A stretch of DNA of 60,696 nt, the filler included, from Sphacelaria rigidula (lineage: Eukaryota): the NCBI GenBank assembly GCA_964200075.2. It is 10 parts of 10 records of this genome, joined end to end, with 100 filler letters (N's around TTAATTAATTAA, not from the genome) between each part and the next. Parts side by side here need not be neighbours in the genome. Positions count along the whole stretch, not along the records: positions 48,639 to 54,617 come from CAXNAA020023046.1; positions 54,718 to 60,696 come from CAXNAA020023047.1; 8 more parts are not named here. The stretch is one strand, 5' to 3'. Positions within the stretch are counted from its first letter, which is position 1, and the number at the start of each line of letters is the position of its first letter. This document shows positions 49,831 to 60,696 of the stretch, one piece after another. Below the pieces are notes generated by a model that did no database searches, was not told the origin of the DNA, and saw nothing but the letters and a program-made list of their open reading frames with translations. The position numbers and the translations under genes were made by a program.

Positions 49831-50195
49831 CCGGTCGCCCCGGTGGCTCAGTTGGTGACCTCGTAACCTTCTGATGGTGGGTTGTAGGGTTCGATTCTCC
49901 GAGCGATCTGGGAATTTTTCTTCCACCATGCCCAACAGTGGAGAGCGACCTTGTCGTGGGTACACAACATTCGACTTGGCGGTCGACGAGGGAAAGAGAT
50001 TGCTGGATTGCTGGACCCCTCTCGCGATAAAAAATAAAAGGCAAGCACGGCACCCGAAGGTGAAGTATTAAAAACGAATTAAAAAGAAAAAGCTCCTGTG
50101 TTGACTTCTCCTGTGTGACCTCGGGTGCTGCGCCCACATATCCCGAAAGAGGTAGCCCGGCGCCGAGAATGACGACAACACAACATACACACACA
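49831..50195 (+). mobile_element. tRNA-derived SINE family A, full length
   Basis: Pol III A box TGGCTCAGTTGG, B box GGTTCGATTC, ~290-nt body and (CA)n tail. Confidence 0.9.
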
Positions 50196-50756
50196 GTCTA
50201 GATTGCAAGTGACCGAGCGAACGGTGCGGTGTGGTTGCCAGGCTAATGGTGAGCATCTCATTCATGTCTTTGGATGAGTCGTCGACGTATAAGCTCACGG
50301 TAGCGAACACAGCGTTTTTGGTGAAACTCTCTTCACGTTTGAAAGTTTTTTCAACCGAGACACCGAGGTGGAAACTCTCAACTCTAGGCGTGTTATCTAG
50401 ACATCTGGCAGCACGCTACGTCGGCAACAACTCAAATACACCGACACTGGTTGTAAATACAATGAATAGAGAAGGGGCAAGGGGCGAGCCTGGGCGAGAT
50501 TTTTAACTGAGCACAGCTGAGGGAGCGTGACAGCAATCATGGGTAGCTTGCAGTTTGGAAAGAGTACTGTACTGTATACCCAAGGTATAGTATACCCAAA
50601 AAGCTCTCAAATAAATTGCCAGGTGTGCATGATCGTGGCTCATGTTGTAATAATCCAAACTGGAACCGTTTCGTACACAATCCAAACGACTGTTGTCTGT
50701 ACACCACTGCTGACGGCTAGGTCGGTAGGATGACGGCACGCGTAGAGCGCTCTTTC

Positions 50757-50796
<40 letters not shown>

Positions 50797-50888
50797 TGGT
50801 GGTTCGTTTGTACTCGTTCTCTCACTGCTGTGGGATCCTTGGTGGCTTACCGGTTGTTGTCTGTCTTTTGTATATTATACTGTTGTAG

Positions 50889-51257
50889 CCGGTCGCCCCG
50901 GTGGCTCAGTTGGTAACCTCGTCACCTTGTGATGGTTGAGTCGTGGGGTTCGATTCCCGGAGCGATGTGGGATTTTTTCTGACACCATGCCCAACAGTGG
51001 AGAGCGACTATGTCGTGGGCTCACAAAATTCGACTCAACGGTCGACGAGGAAAAGGGACTGCTGAACCCCTCTCGCGATAAAAAAATAAAGGCAAGCACC
51101 CCAGAAGGAAGGTGGGGTACTAAAAACAAAGAAAAAAGGAAAAGCCCCTGGGTTGACCTTCCTCCTGTGTGATCCCGGCTGATGCGCCCACATATCCCGA
51201 AAAGGGTAGACTGGCGCCCAGAATAAATGGGACGACAACACACACAAACACACACAC
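50889..51257 (+). mobile_element. tRNA-derived SINE family A, full length
   Basis: Same A box, B box GGTTCGATTCC, body and (CA)n tail. Confidence 0.9.
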
Positions 51258-53904
51258 TATTGTACTATACATAAAACTGCCCACCTCTTCATGAGTAGTA
51301 GATCATGCACTGTCTATCTTGCACAGCCCTGTCGGCAGAATATCAGCTGCATGTTTGCATTCTCGTTGGGTTTTAGGCGCCCGCACGACTCTGTGTCGTC
51401 ACGAATTAGGTATGACTGGTTGTTTACCGGCGGCTGCTGCGGTCTGCGCGAGATCATTTGTCATGCGGGCGTTTTCGGAGATCATAAGGACATGTCAACC
51501 ATGTTGTTCCGGAGCTGATGTCGATTTGCAGAACATAAAGAACAGTCAGTGCGAAAATATTCCTGGAACTCTTGATGCGGAATTCTTCACATTTTGTCCA
51601 CGCAAACGCAAACACATCGAAAACGAATAAGGTAGAGGTGGGTCGCAGAGGCTGCAGAAACTGAGTGGTGTTTCTTGACTTGGCTTGCTCCACGAGAAAC
51701 AAAAGGAAGACGAAGAGGGCAGAGGTGAGCAAGAGTTGAATGCTGATCGCGTTCCATTTGTCTGAAGTACTGTAGGAGGTCAGGTGAAAAGAAACATGAC
51801 GCAAATTTCAAATCCTGTTGTGATATCGATATTATACTACAGTAAGTGGTGCAAAGTACCCTGCTCCTATTTTTGGGCTGTCGACCCATCAAATGCAGAT
51901 GCTGTTTAGAGCCAGACTCGACCCAGGAGAGGTCAATGGTAGAAGCTAGATATGGAGAGACGGAGCGTTAACGTGTTGTACTGTAGTAGAGAGTAGGGTT
52001 TGGTCAGCACCTTGTAGACGGCAAAAGCAAGAAGATGTGCAACGAGCCAGTCATGCGAAAGTAATATGTAGGACTGACTGTCGTACTGGCTGTAATATAT
52101 TGGCTTTACTATGGACCCTAGAGGACCACTGGAAGATCCACTACACGACCGAGTGAACGACAGTCTCATGAACGACCTGCGGTCTCTGGTCTGTGTAGGC
52201 ATTTGCTAAGAGCCAAGCACGACACATACGCCACGGTACTGCCCCAACGACGGCTGCTTGGACGGTATCCCTTTGTGGGTTGCGAATGTTACACTTTTAC
52301 AAGATTTAGACTTCGAATACCTCAACACATTTCTTACTTATTTTGGGAATGTCACTCCAACCAGCGCAACATGTTGCTCTTTCCAAATGCCGATGCTGGT
52401 CAACAGCTAATTTCTTCGGGGGCATGGGTTTGTGAGGCTTATACATGTATGCACTTACTGTACGGTAGCGTGTTACTGTAAAGCTATCCCTGAAGGGTTA
52501 CGCCACTTGAGCATCCTACCTTCATGTGGCTGCGCGGCTACGTAATCGAATGGATCAATTTTGTTTGCTGATCGTGTGCCATGATTCCCCGTTCCTGTAC
52601 TGCGTTGCCGCAGTTCACTGTACTGTCAATTGACTCTGGTTTACCGAATTCCTGTGCATCATCACTCATTGCTTCCCCGTTCTTCTGCGTTCAGCGCACG
52701 AGGTGTGCTCCGACCAAATTTGATGGTGGTTGGAGAATGCCGTTTTGAAACCTATTGTTGTTAAGTCAAGTTAACGAGCAGCACCGCAGTACAGCGTAGT
52801 ACGGCATAGACTCTCGAAGGCCCGCAGTTCAAGCAAGGCACCGAGGGTGGCGGTGTTGAACTTGATTATCGGGCGCCAGGCTCGTATTCAGAAGTCAAAA
52901 GCAAGAGGGCAGATACTAAACTCTGTCGTACGAACGCCTCATAGGATAGGGTGGTGGTGGCTTAGCTAGAATTGTAAAGGCCTTGGTTAGGACAATGGGG
53001 AGATACGTTCATCCCTTATTCCTCGGTATTTCGACGGCTGATGGAGATCTTCATAATCGGGTTCTGGCTGTACTGCAGACAAATGTTTTTCGCCTTGGTG
53101 TGAGTCCTATTATACTAAAAAGTAATGTTTAGATGAGTCCAAAAAACACCCTTGTCCCGTCCATCATTATTAGTAGTATTATTATATCCATCACATTAGC
53201 TCGATCTCTCGAACCCGTGGTCACAGAGTGCAAGGAGCATACCACCAATGTACCCATAACCCCAACAGCCCGCAGAAGAAGGCAAGAAACAAACAGTTAC
53301 ACGAAAAACCCACATGTCGGGATATTGGTTTCAGGTTCGGCTGGTTGTATCGTTGTGTATGACGAAAATCGTACGAGTATGTAGAACATAATCCACCGGC
53401 CCTGTCACACAAACCAAACGTGATTTCATCGACGCCCCCTTTTCCCCACAAAAGGATGGGTTGGACTGTGACAATTCTAATTCCTCTCTCGTATCTTAAA
53501 CCTACTCCTTATCCCCTCGTCATGTTTCGAAAATTGTTCCGTGATGGCTTCATTTTTGACGCGACACTACTGTGTCATACAGTCAGTTGTACTGAGTGCG
53601 CTGTTACTGTTTGTCAGCGCTCGAGCAAACCAAGGCAGCTCAACGAGGGCTACCGAACCGTTCAAATGTTTCGCACATGGTGCACTTTGGTACTGTACTG
53701 CACTGTACTGTACTGTATCGTATGTAGGAGGCATATCTACACATTTTAGGAACATCTCCACATGCGGGATATTTTGTATCTTGGCGTTTGTGCCCGACTG
53801 CAGGCTGGGCCGCCCAAGACGCGGCCCAGTATGTACACATGTAATTATGCAGCTCAATGTTGGGTCATTTTCTATGAAATTTTCAGGGCTCTTCACATTA
53901 CACA

Positions 53905-54085
53905 TTACACGTCACGTCACAAATGTGACGTATAAAAAATCATACGTTACGCCACATCACACTTTGTTACGAATGAAAAATCATACGTTTCGTCACGTCA
54001 CATTTTTTACCGGTACGTTACGTTACGTCATACTTGTGACGTATTTCAAAGTTATACGGTACGTTTGTGACGTGTAACGTAAAAT
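53905..54085. repeat. ACGT-rich low-complexity repeat (GTCAC / GTTAC / ACGT units in both orientations)
   Basis: More than ten ACGT cores in 180 bp. Confidence 0.75.
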
Positions 54086-56166
54086 AAAACGCTATACTTC
54101 GACCGTGTTGAGGGCAAATGAACAATACGTACGACGTTGTAAGGTTTCATGTACCGCAACTTGGTACGGGAGGTTCACGGTTGCTGCCTTGTTCGAGCAT
54201 GAGGCGCGTTCTGCTCGCTATTTTGACGTGTAAAAATGCTTTTCAGCTAGTGTATCGCTCATGCGTCCCTGACTCACACGCCTCAGTTTCGAATAAATTC
54301 ATGAGTACGTTATTGATGCACGATAGTCAGATAGTGAGATATACCAAGATGCGCGCAGGTCATGATGTACACATACAAACGCAAGTATGTACGTAGTCGG
54401 TTGGCATGTCGTAGGACACCCAACATATAGCAATCCGCTTCTGTAATGTTATAATTATTTGCTCTCTCGGCAGGGCGTGAATGCAGAAGATCTAAACTCT
54501 ATACATGTGATACACATGAATTGATGATCCGGTACGAATCCAGCCGCGTTCTCAGAACAGCCAATCATCTATGTTGAGGATGGTGCTTTTCATTGAGGAT
54601 GAGAACTCGGAGGATTANNNNNNNNNNNNNNNNNNNNNNNNNNNNNNNNNNNNNNNNNNNNTTAATTAATTAANNNNNNNNNNNNNNNNNNNNNNNNNNN
54701 NNNNNNNNNNNNNNNNNCACAGCTTATACACTGCCTCATGGGTGTCTCACCATAAGGAGAAGGGGGGGGGGGGTTGTACTCATGATGTTGCATGCCATAG
54801 TCATATTACCATTGACCTCGCATCCCTACAAAGTCGGGACAGAGCACACCGGGCTTTCGCCGGACAAGGCTCGCAATCAATCACCAAGCGCCCGCTGTGA
54901 TGTGTTCGCCGAGTATCATGAAGGGTGAGTTGCATCCTGCCAAGCTTGTTCGGCCCGAAGGGCACAAAGTATCCTGCATATGGATAACAGCCTCCAATGA
55001 GTTGCTTCATTGTCCGGTATTGCTACTTTCAAAGACAGCGACGGCTTTCACTGCCTCATGGGTGTCTCACCATTTTAAACACTACGTGTCCGACCATCCC
55101 CTTGGCGCGGATTTCGGGTTCTCCACTCTGCACAATGTGATTCAGCTCGACCACCATCATGGTTGCCGCAAAAAAAAAACGCACGCGAGAAAACAAAACG
55201 GAACTTGGTTACCTAGCTTACGCAGTAAGTGGCGTGTTCTTCAGCCCCGTTGCCAACCGACGCCAACCCTTTAGGGGGTGGGGGGTGGTGGTGTTCGGGT
55301 GATACAGGAGCCATACTCAAAATGATAGATGGTCATTCTTCTTGCTATTAGACCGATTTTAAGTGGATTCGTCGCGCCAAATGTAATCAAGACGAGTATT
55401 TGAAGTACGGCCACGTCATAATTACCCCCGACACTCTGTGCCAGTGTCCCGGGGCAGCCGCGGGCTTGTGTGCAAGGGCATGACCTTCAGTGGAGCCCAG
55501 GAAGTAACAGAGATGGTACCACAGCACAGCATGCGGTGCGGGCTGGTGTCTGCCATCGATGCTGCTGCGGAGTAATAGCTCCGGTAGACACGACAGGCTC
55601 GGAAGCAACGCTAGAACCGTCACGATTTTGATTTTGTAAAGATATACTTTCCACAGTTGTCACGAGCGTCACCCCCCAGGGCAGCAGATCTTCCCCAGGC
55701 TTCCGGGAGTCAGTCCAATAGCTAGTCAATTGTCTGCCGCATTTTTGTCATTGCCGTGTGGAGGCTCTGTCATGATGCATCGAGGGAGGGATTATCCCGT
55801 GCCGGCGTGCTGTTTACGTCGTGGCCGGTGTTGTCGCTGTCGCGGATGACCAATTGTTGAGGGGATTGTGTGTGGGGGGTTGTCTCGTCTCTTCAACCCC
55901 TTTGTGAGGTGGGGGTGGAAGCATTGTCTTTACTGTCGGAAGTCGATCCTGACGTGCTATTTTGATACGAAATCAATTTGGTACATTTTCTGGTTCATCA
56001 GTACTCGTGCATCCATGCTATTTTGTTTGCATGTCATTGTCATTTTATGTTAGTACACTCTGAGTGTTTCGAGTGAGCACTCCGGATGGATATTTCAAGG
56101 AATGTTGGACTATCGCATGACCTGGGGTCTTTCACTGTTTCAGTTTCGACGAAGCGAAAGCTATAA

Positions 56167-56501
56167 CACGGTCAAAACTGGGGTGATGTGAGTCCCAGTT
56201 GTGCGAATCCAACATGCCTCATGGTTCGGCCGAGAACCAGCCAGATCTCCTGGTTCTGGTCATAGGGAACTTTTCGCCACAAGGAACGTTCCTTGGATGT
56301 CGGCCAGATCGTTTTTGGAGAGCAATCCTTAACCCCTGGACAGCGACCCCCCGCGCAGGTGGACTGAGTTGGACTATGCCAAATTTGGGGCTCAGAACAG
56401 CTCTTTTACCGCTACACAAAACGCCTTTTTCATGAACATGTAGATGGTTGGCATCTATATAGAAAATAGTCCCGGAGAACCCCTGACTAGTTTTGACCCT
56501 G
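56167..56501. mobile_element. Possible MITE (335 bp)
   Basis: 13-bp terminal inverted match CACGGTCAAAACT / AGTTTTGACCCTG (12/13). No clear TSD. Confidence 0.35.
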
Positions 56502-57104
56502 GACTCAATTGTGTGCAGAGCCAGTGTTCATGTGTGCTCTATGCCTTCGCTGGACACAACGGGAAGAAGCAGTCCACGTGTCATCGCTATCCACTGAACA
56601 CATCCTACTGCATGCTGCTGATGTCTCTGCTTAGTGTGCCACGACAACACTACCGAGAATGTGAAGCCATGCTGGCAACACATGAGGGGTCAGGCAGGCG
56701 ACATAGACGAGCAGACGAAAAAGCACGTTGCTTGCGTCCCTGTCATCTATAATTGGATTGCCATGGCCAAAATGAGAAATAGGGCCAGGCAGCAGGGGAA
56801 TTCGCGTGTAGTCCACGTGCAGCAGAACAACGTGATCATTTTCACAGCCGTGATTCGTCAGAATGGTCATTCCGCACCCCTCGGGCCTCGTTCCTGGCTT
56901 GGAATCTTTAGCGAGAAACTTTTTAACACACGAAGTTCACTTAGTGAGCTTTCCGGCTGCTCTGCGGACAGACAGACACCTCCCCCTCATCCCCTCGAAA
57001 ACCCCCGCGCCCGCCCCGTGCAAACCTCCTGCAAACCTCCGGATGTCTCCGTAATGTCAGCCTGTGAAACTTTTCCGAGGCTACGTTCACTGTCTGAGGG
57101 TTAA

Positions 57105-57200
57105 CCCATTGACCGCGAGGGAAGGTCATCTGGCCATGCAGTCATCTGTCAAGTAAATTTGATGCCGATTCAACAGATGACCTACTGCCGCGGTCAAAGG
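57105..57200. mobile_element. piggyBac-like MITE (96 bp)
   Basis: TTAA|CCCATTGACCGCG..AGGTCATCTG ... CAGATGACCT..CGCGGTCAAAGG|TTGA. Internal GCCGATT.AACAGA.GAC is shared with 36230-36327. Confidence 0.75.
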
Positions 57201-58799
57201 TTGAGGCTTGGAAGCACGAAGAGGTGTGTATGCTCCGAGCTCAAAGCCAACGCACACAACACCACCAAGCACATTGTATGAGCTTGACTGATTTGTGGTC
57301 TGTCCCTAAATCCTCGCCTCCTGCCTTACTTCCCCTGGGATCTTCTGTCTGGCTCTCGAGAGCATAGTCCTCAACGCAACTGCCGTAGCCTAATTGACAT
57401 AGGATTCGGCTGTTCGCGGAGAGACGAAGGCACCCCTCCGGCGGTATCCTACCGTGTACAAACCGTACATACCACACTGAGTTTTTTCAAGACTGGAGCG
57501 AGAAATCTAGATTCAGTGCCTTTCCACATAAAGTATTAAATTAAGTATTGGGTCTTACGCGCACCGTATCTATCGATAGATGAGAATTAGGTGGAAGCGA
57601 GGCCGCGTCTTATCGAGACAAAAAAAAAAACGGGAAAAGGAACAAGGCCACGCACTTTGCCGGTCCACAAGAACCACCTTGGGTCATAAGGCCGTGTCTT
57701 ATCGAGACAAAAAAACGAAGCGCGGAGAGGAACCAAGGAACAAAGAGCACGTTCGCTGATCGCCGCGATACCACCCTCTACCCAAAAATGAAGCGGCTGC
57801 GCTTTTTTGTTGGAAGCGGCGCTACGTTGAAACCATTATGTTGGAATTTTTCAGGCTATTCAACGAAGACTTTTTGGGCTGTTCGCCATGAAGGGCAACA
57901 TAAACCAGCGGCGCATAGGCAATGAGTAGCTCGAATTGTAGCTCTTGATCGAATCAGTACAACATTTTTGGCTCTCGGAGAAAATAGATTCCAACCTGAA
58001 GAAGACACGATGGTTTCTGTCAAACAGTAACACACCCCACAAACGATCAGCGGCTTCACCTTCAGCAAATTTTGTTGCACAACACGGCAACACGGCCGGC
58101 CTTCTTCCAGCACCAAACGGATTGCCGTGAAACAAAGAGCACCGCGTAAAGATGAGCAGGAGCTAGCGACAGGAGTGCTGCCTTGTGCCGTGGATGTCAG
58201 TGCATGTTTGCTCGAGTTTGCGACCTGTGTTTTGAAGGTGTAAAGTGGTGCAGTCATGTGTTTCAGTCACTCCCGTTGAGGTTTCCAGGCCTGTCTCCGA
58301 CTGCGTCCAGTGCGACGAAATCACCACTGTTCCCAGAAAGACAGTTTGGTGAGTCTTCGTTAGGCTGTATCTCATAGAGACCAAAATGAAAAGCGTGGAA
58401 AAGAACAAGCTTCAGAAGCAGAATATTGATCGATCGCCGGGCGGGTCCATGGCTGCGGCGACTGATCAACATGCTCCTTTTGGGGCTTGTTTCTTTTCTC
58501 GCTTCTTTTTTGGTTTCGATGCGACACGGCCAAGATGGCTTTGATGGGCCGGCAAACTGCATGGCTTTGTTCCTCTCCCAGCTACTTTTTTTTTATTCGG
58601 TAAGACACGGCCTGAGGGCACGAGTATCGATCGTATCCCCATGCCCCAAGGGATGTTAGCACCAAAACTCAGCGCAATCTGCTAATAACATTGTGACGGG
58701 GTTTCGTCTAGACTTCGCTGTCGAGGTGTCTGCGTGGGATTTACTCGACATGACGTTTGATATGGAGAAAACACTTGACAGAGCTGTTGAGTAAAGGGG

Positions 58800-58960
58800 T
58801 ATCCAATCCTTGATTAGAGGATCACCAAGATGTGCGGATTGCGGCTCAATTCGCCTGCGTCGATGAGATATGATATTCTGCTGTGACAGCTTGAGTCCGC
58901 TTTTAGGTTGGCCCAGCTCGCGCTGCACTAAACCAAGAGTACGAGCTGGTCCAGCCTAGA
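58800..58960. mobile_element. Tail-to-head junction of two mariner-like elements
   Basis: Right TIR TAGGTTGGCCCAGCTCG ends at 58920. Left TIR TA|CGAGCTGGTCCAGCCTA starts at 58942. Confidence 0.8.
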
Positions 58961-60023
58961 CGCGAATAAGTAGTTTGCAGGCCCCGCCTCACCTCGACTT
59001 TGAGTGTTGTTCGACTTTTAATTTTGGCACGGAAAATGAAAACTCGTACTGTAGGACATAATAATTTACTACTTTCTCTGTTCGGAAATATAGCCTCTTT
59101 CAGAGAAAAAGAGGCTTAACTTTGGCCCAAATGCGATTTTTTTGGTGTTTTTTTTTTTCGTGACGACCTGAACAACACCCCAAAACCGAGGTCTTAGGTC
59201 AGTCCACAGTACAAAACCACCTATACCCTCGGTGACCACAGAGTCCCTGGCCGAAGAGAGGGGAAACAACCGGTTGAAGGCCTTCCCCCATGTTTTTTTC
59301 GATCGCCTTATTCGGCGGAATTCGTGCCGATTCGGCGGAGCTCGTAGAACCACTTTTTTTGTGGTCCGACCAAACAACAGCACACGAGCAACGCCGGTAA
59401 CCAGCTCATCATAGGGGGTGTTATCTTGCGTGGGGGTGTTTTTTTTCCCGGGGGCAATATCACGTCATCCCCTGCTTCTTCTTTTTTTATGCACATGGTA
59501 CAAATGATTTGCGGAACACATACCGGTGGTGGCCTGATCAAGAACCACATTATTCGCATACTTCCTGAAGCGAGCTTATATTCCCTTTTGGGAAGTTGAA
59601 GGCAATGATCAGTATCCAGTTGTCAGTAAAATGTTGTCAACTCATGCAAAAAAAAATCAGTGCCCCGTTTTTTCCATCGTACCCTGTTCATTCTCCGTAC
59701 CAAATTTAAAACTCCAACTCCCAGACTTGAGGTGAGGCGGGGCGGGGCGTCTTGGAAGCCGGGCCGGTCCAACTTCGGAACAATATTTTACAGACCGCTT
59801 GCTGGCCCAGGCTTGGTACTTGTGTTTTGAAAATTTTGTGCGGGATCTTTTAGGACAACATGAATAGAAAGAGGTGGGACAGGTTGATTTTTTCAATAGT
59901 ATGGGACAATTCCGTATGGTAATGGCCTTTTTTTCATGAGAACACCCTTCGCGCTCTAAAAACAAAATGAAGGCCCACTATTCTCATGTTCAGGATGCTT
60001 TTGCGATTGATTCTCCATGCTGA

Positions 60024-60212
60024 GGGCGTGTCTTCGCACTTTTTTTTCCGATCGAAAATGCGCGGTGGAAAACAAGGATCCCGATCTGATTGGTCGTGAT
60101 TTCAACCATCTTCAAAATAAACGACGACGGTTGAAATAACGACCAATCAGATCGAAGTTTTCCTTTTCCACTGCACATTTTCGATCGAACAAATATGTAG
60201 TAAGACACGCCA
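60024..60212. repeat. Imperfect inverted pair of an ~85-bp module
   Basis: GGCGTGTCTT..CGATCGAAAATG.GC.GTGGAAAA..CGATCTGATTGGTCGT.ATTTCAACC is mirrored around about 60118. Confidence 0.8.
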
Positions 60213-60696
60213 TAAGTTTCAAATCACAACTCTAAAATATGAGCTGACAAACTGAGATGAAGGCCAAGAATAATGCCCATTTTCCTGGAAACGCCTTCTA
60301 TTTAAAACACGAAAAAAATAAAAAATAAAATATCAAGAAGCTGTTTTTTTTTTTTTTTCTTATGCCCAAGCGATACTCCATATACTGCAATAAATTTCAA
60401 AGCACAACTCTCAAAAGCTGAGACGCGAAATCTAGATTTCGGGCATCGAGTGCCTCTCATCGTATTATTTTTATTCTAGTATGGAATGTTATGTGCGCCA
60501 TATCTCGAGGTAGATAATGAATTAGGTGGAGGTGAGGGTGTCGTTCGTTTTACTGTCGTGTTCCAGGGAATGTCCACACCAAAAATAGTCATTATCCACT
60601 ATATATATCGTTTGGGGTTTCATATAGACTTGAGCAAGGGGCCCTACAGACTGGAAACGGTGTTCACCCCCCCAACTTCCCGAAAACCTCATTCTG

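Noticed and set aside
49831..49910. tRNA genes here and at 50889
   Set aside because: A and B boxes are present, but there is no complete cloverleaf and each continues into a shared ~290-nt body with a CA tail. These are SINE heads.

Overview
Eukaryotic, repeat-rich nuclear DNA, most likely from a brown alga or related stramenopile. That assignment is inferred from TTAGGG motifs, small exons in long repeat-filled GT-AG introns and the style of the transposons. The window is not one locus. It is ten unrelated contigs of almost identical length (six of 5980 bp, four of 5979 bp) joined by nine artificial 100-nt N/TTAATTAATTAA/N linkers, so nothing can be inferred across the linkers. It contains one decayed Ty3/Gypsy element, three decayed Ty1/Copia elements (two with a recognisable 3' LTR), a LINE RT relic, two SINE families, and several non-autonomous DNA transposon families (mariner-like, piggyBac-like, P/hAT-like, and a TG..CA element carrying telomeric repeats). 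It also has mini- and microsatellites and a few host exons. The only host gene I can name is two spliced exons of an Oxa1/Cox18/YidC-family membrane insertase. I found no intact novel enzymatic system. The most interesting signals are telomere-repeat-bearing elements, a double-foldback transposon inside the Oxa1 intron, and a compact hairpin.
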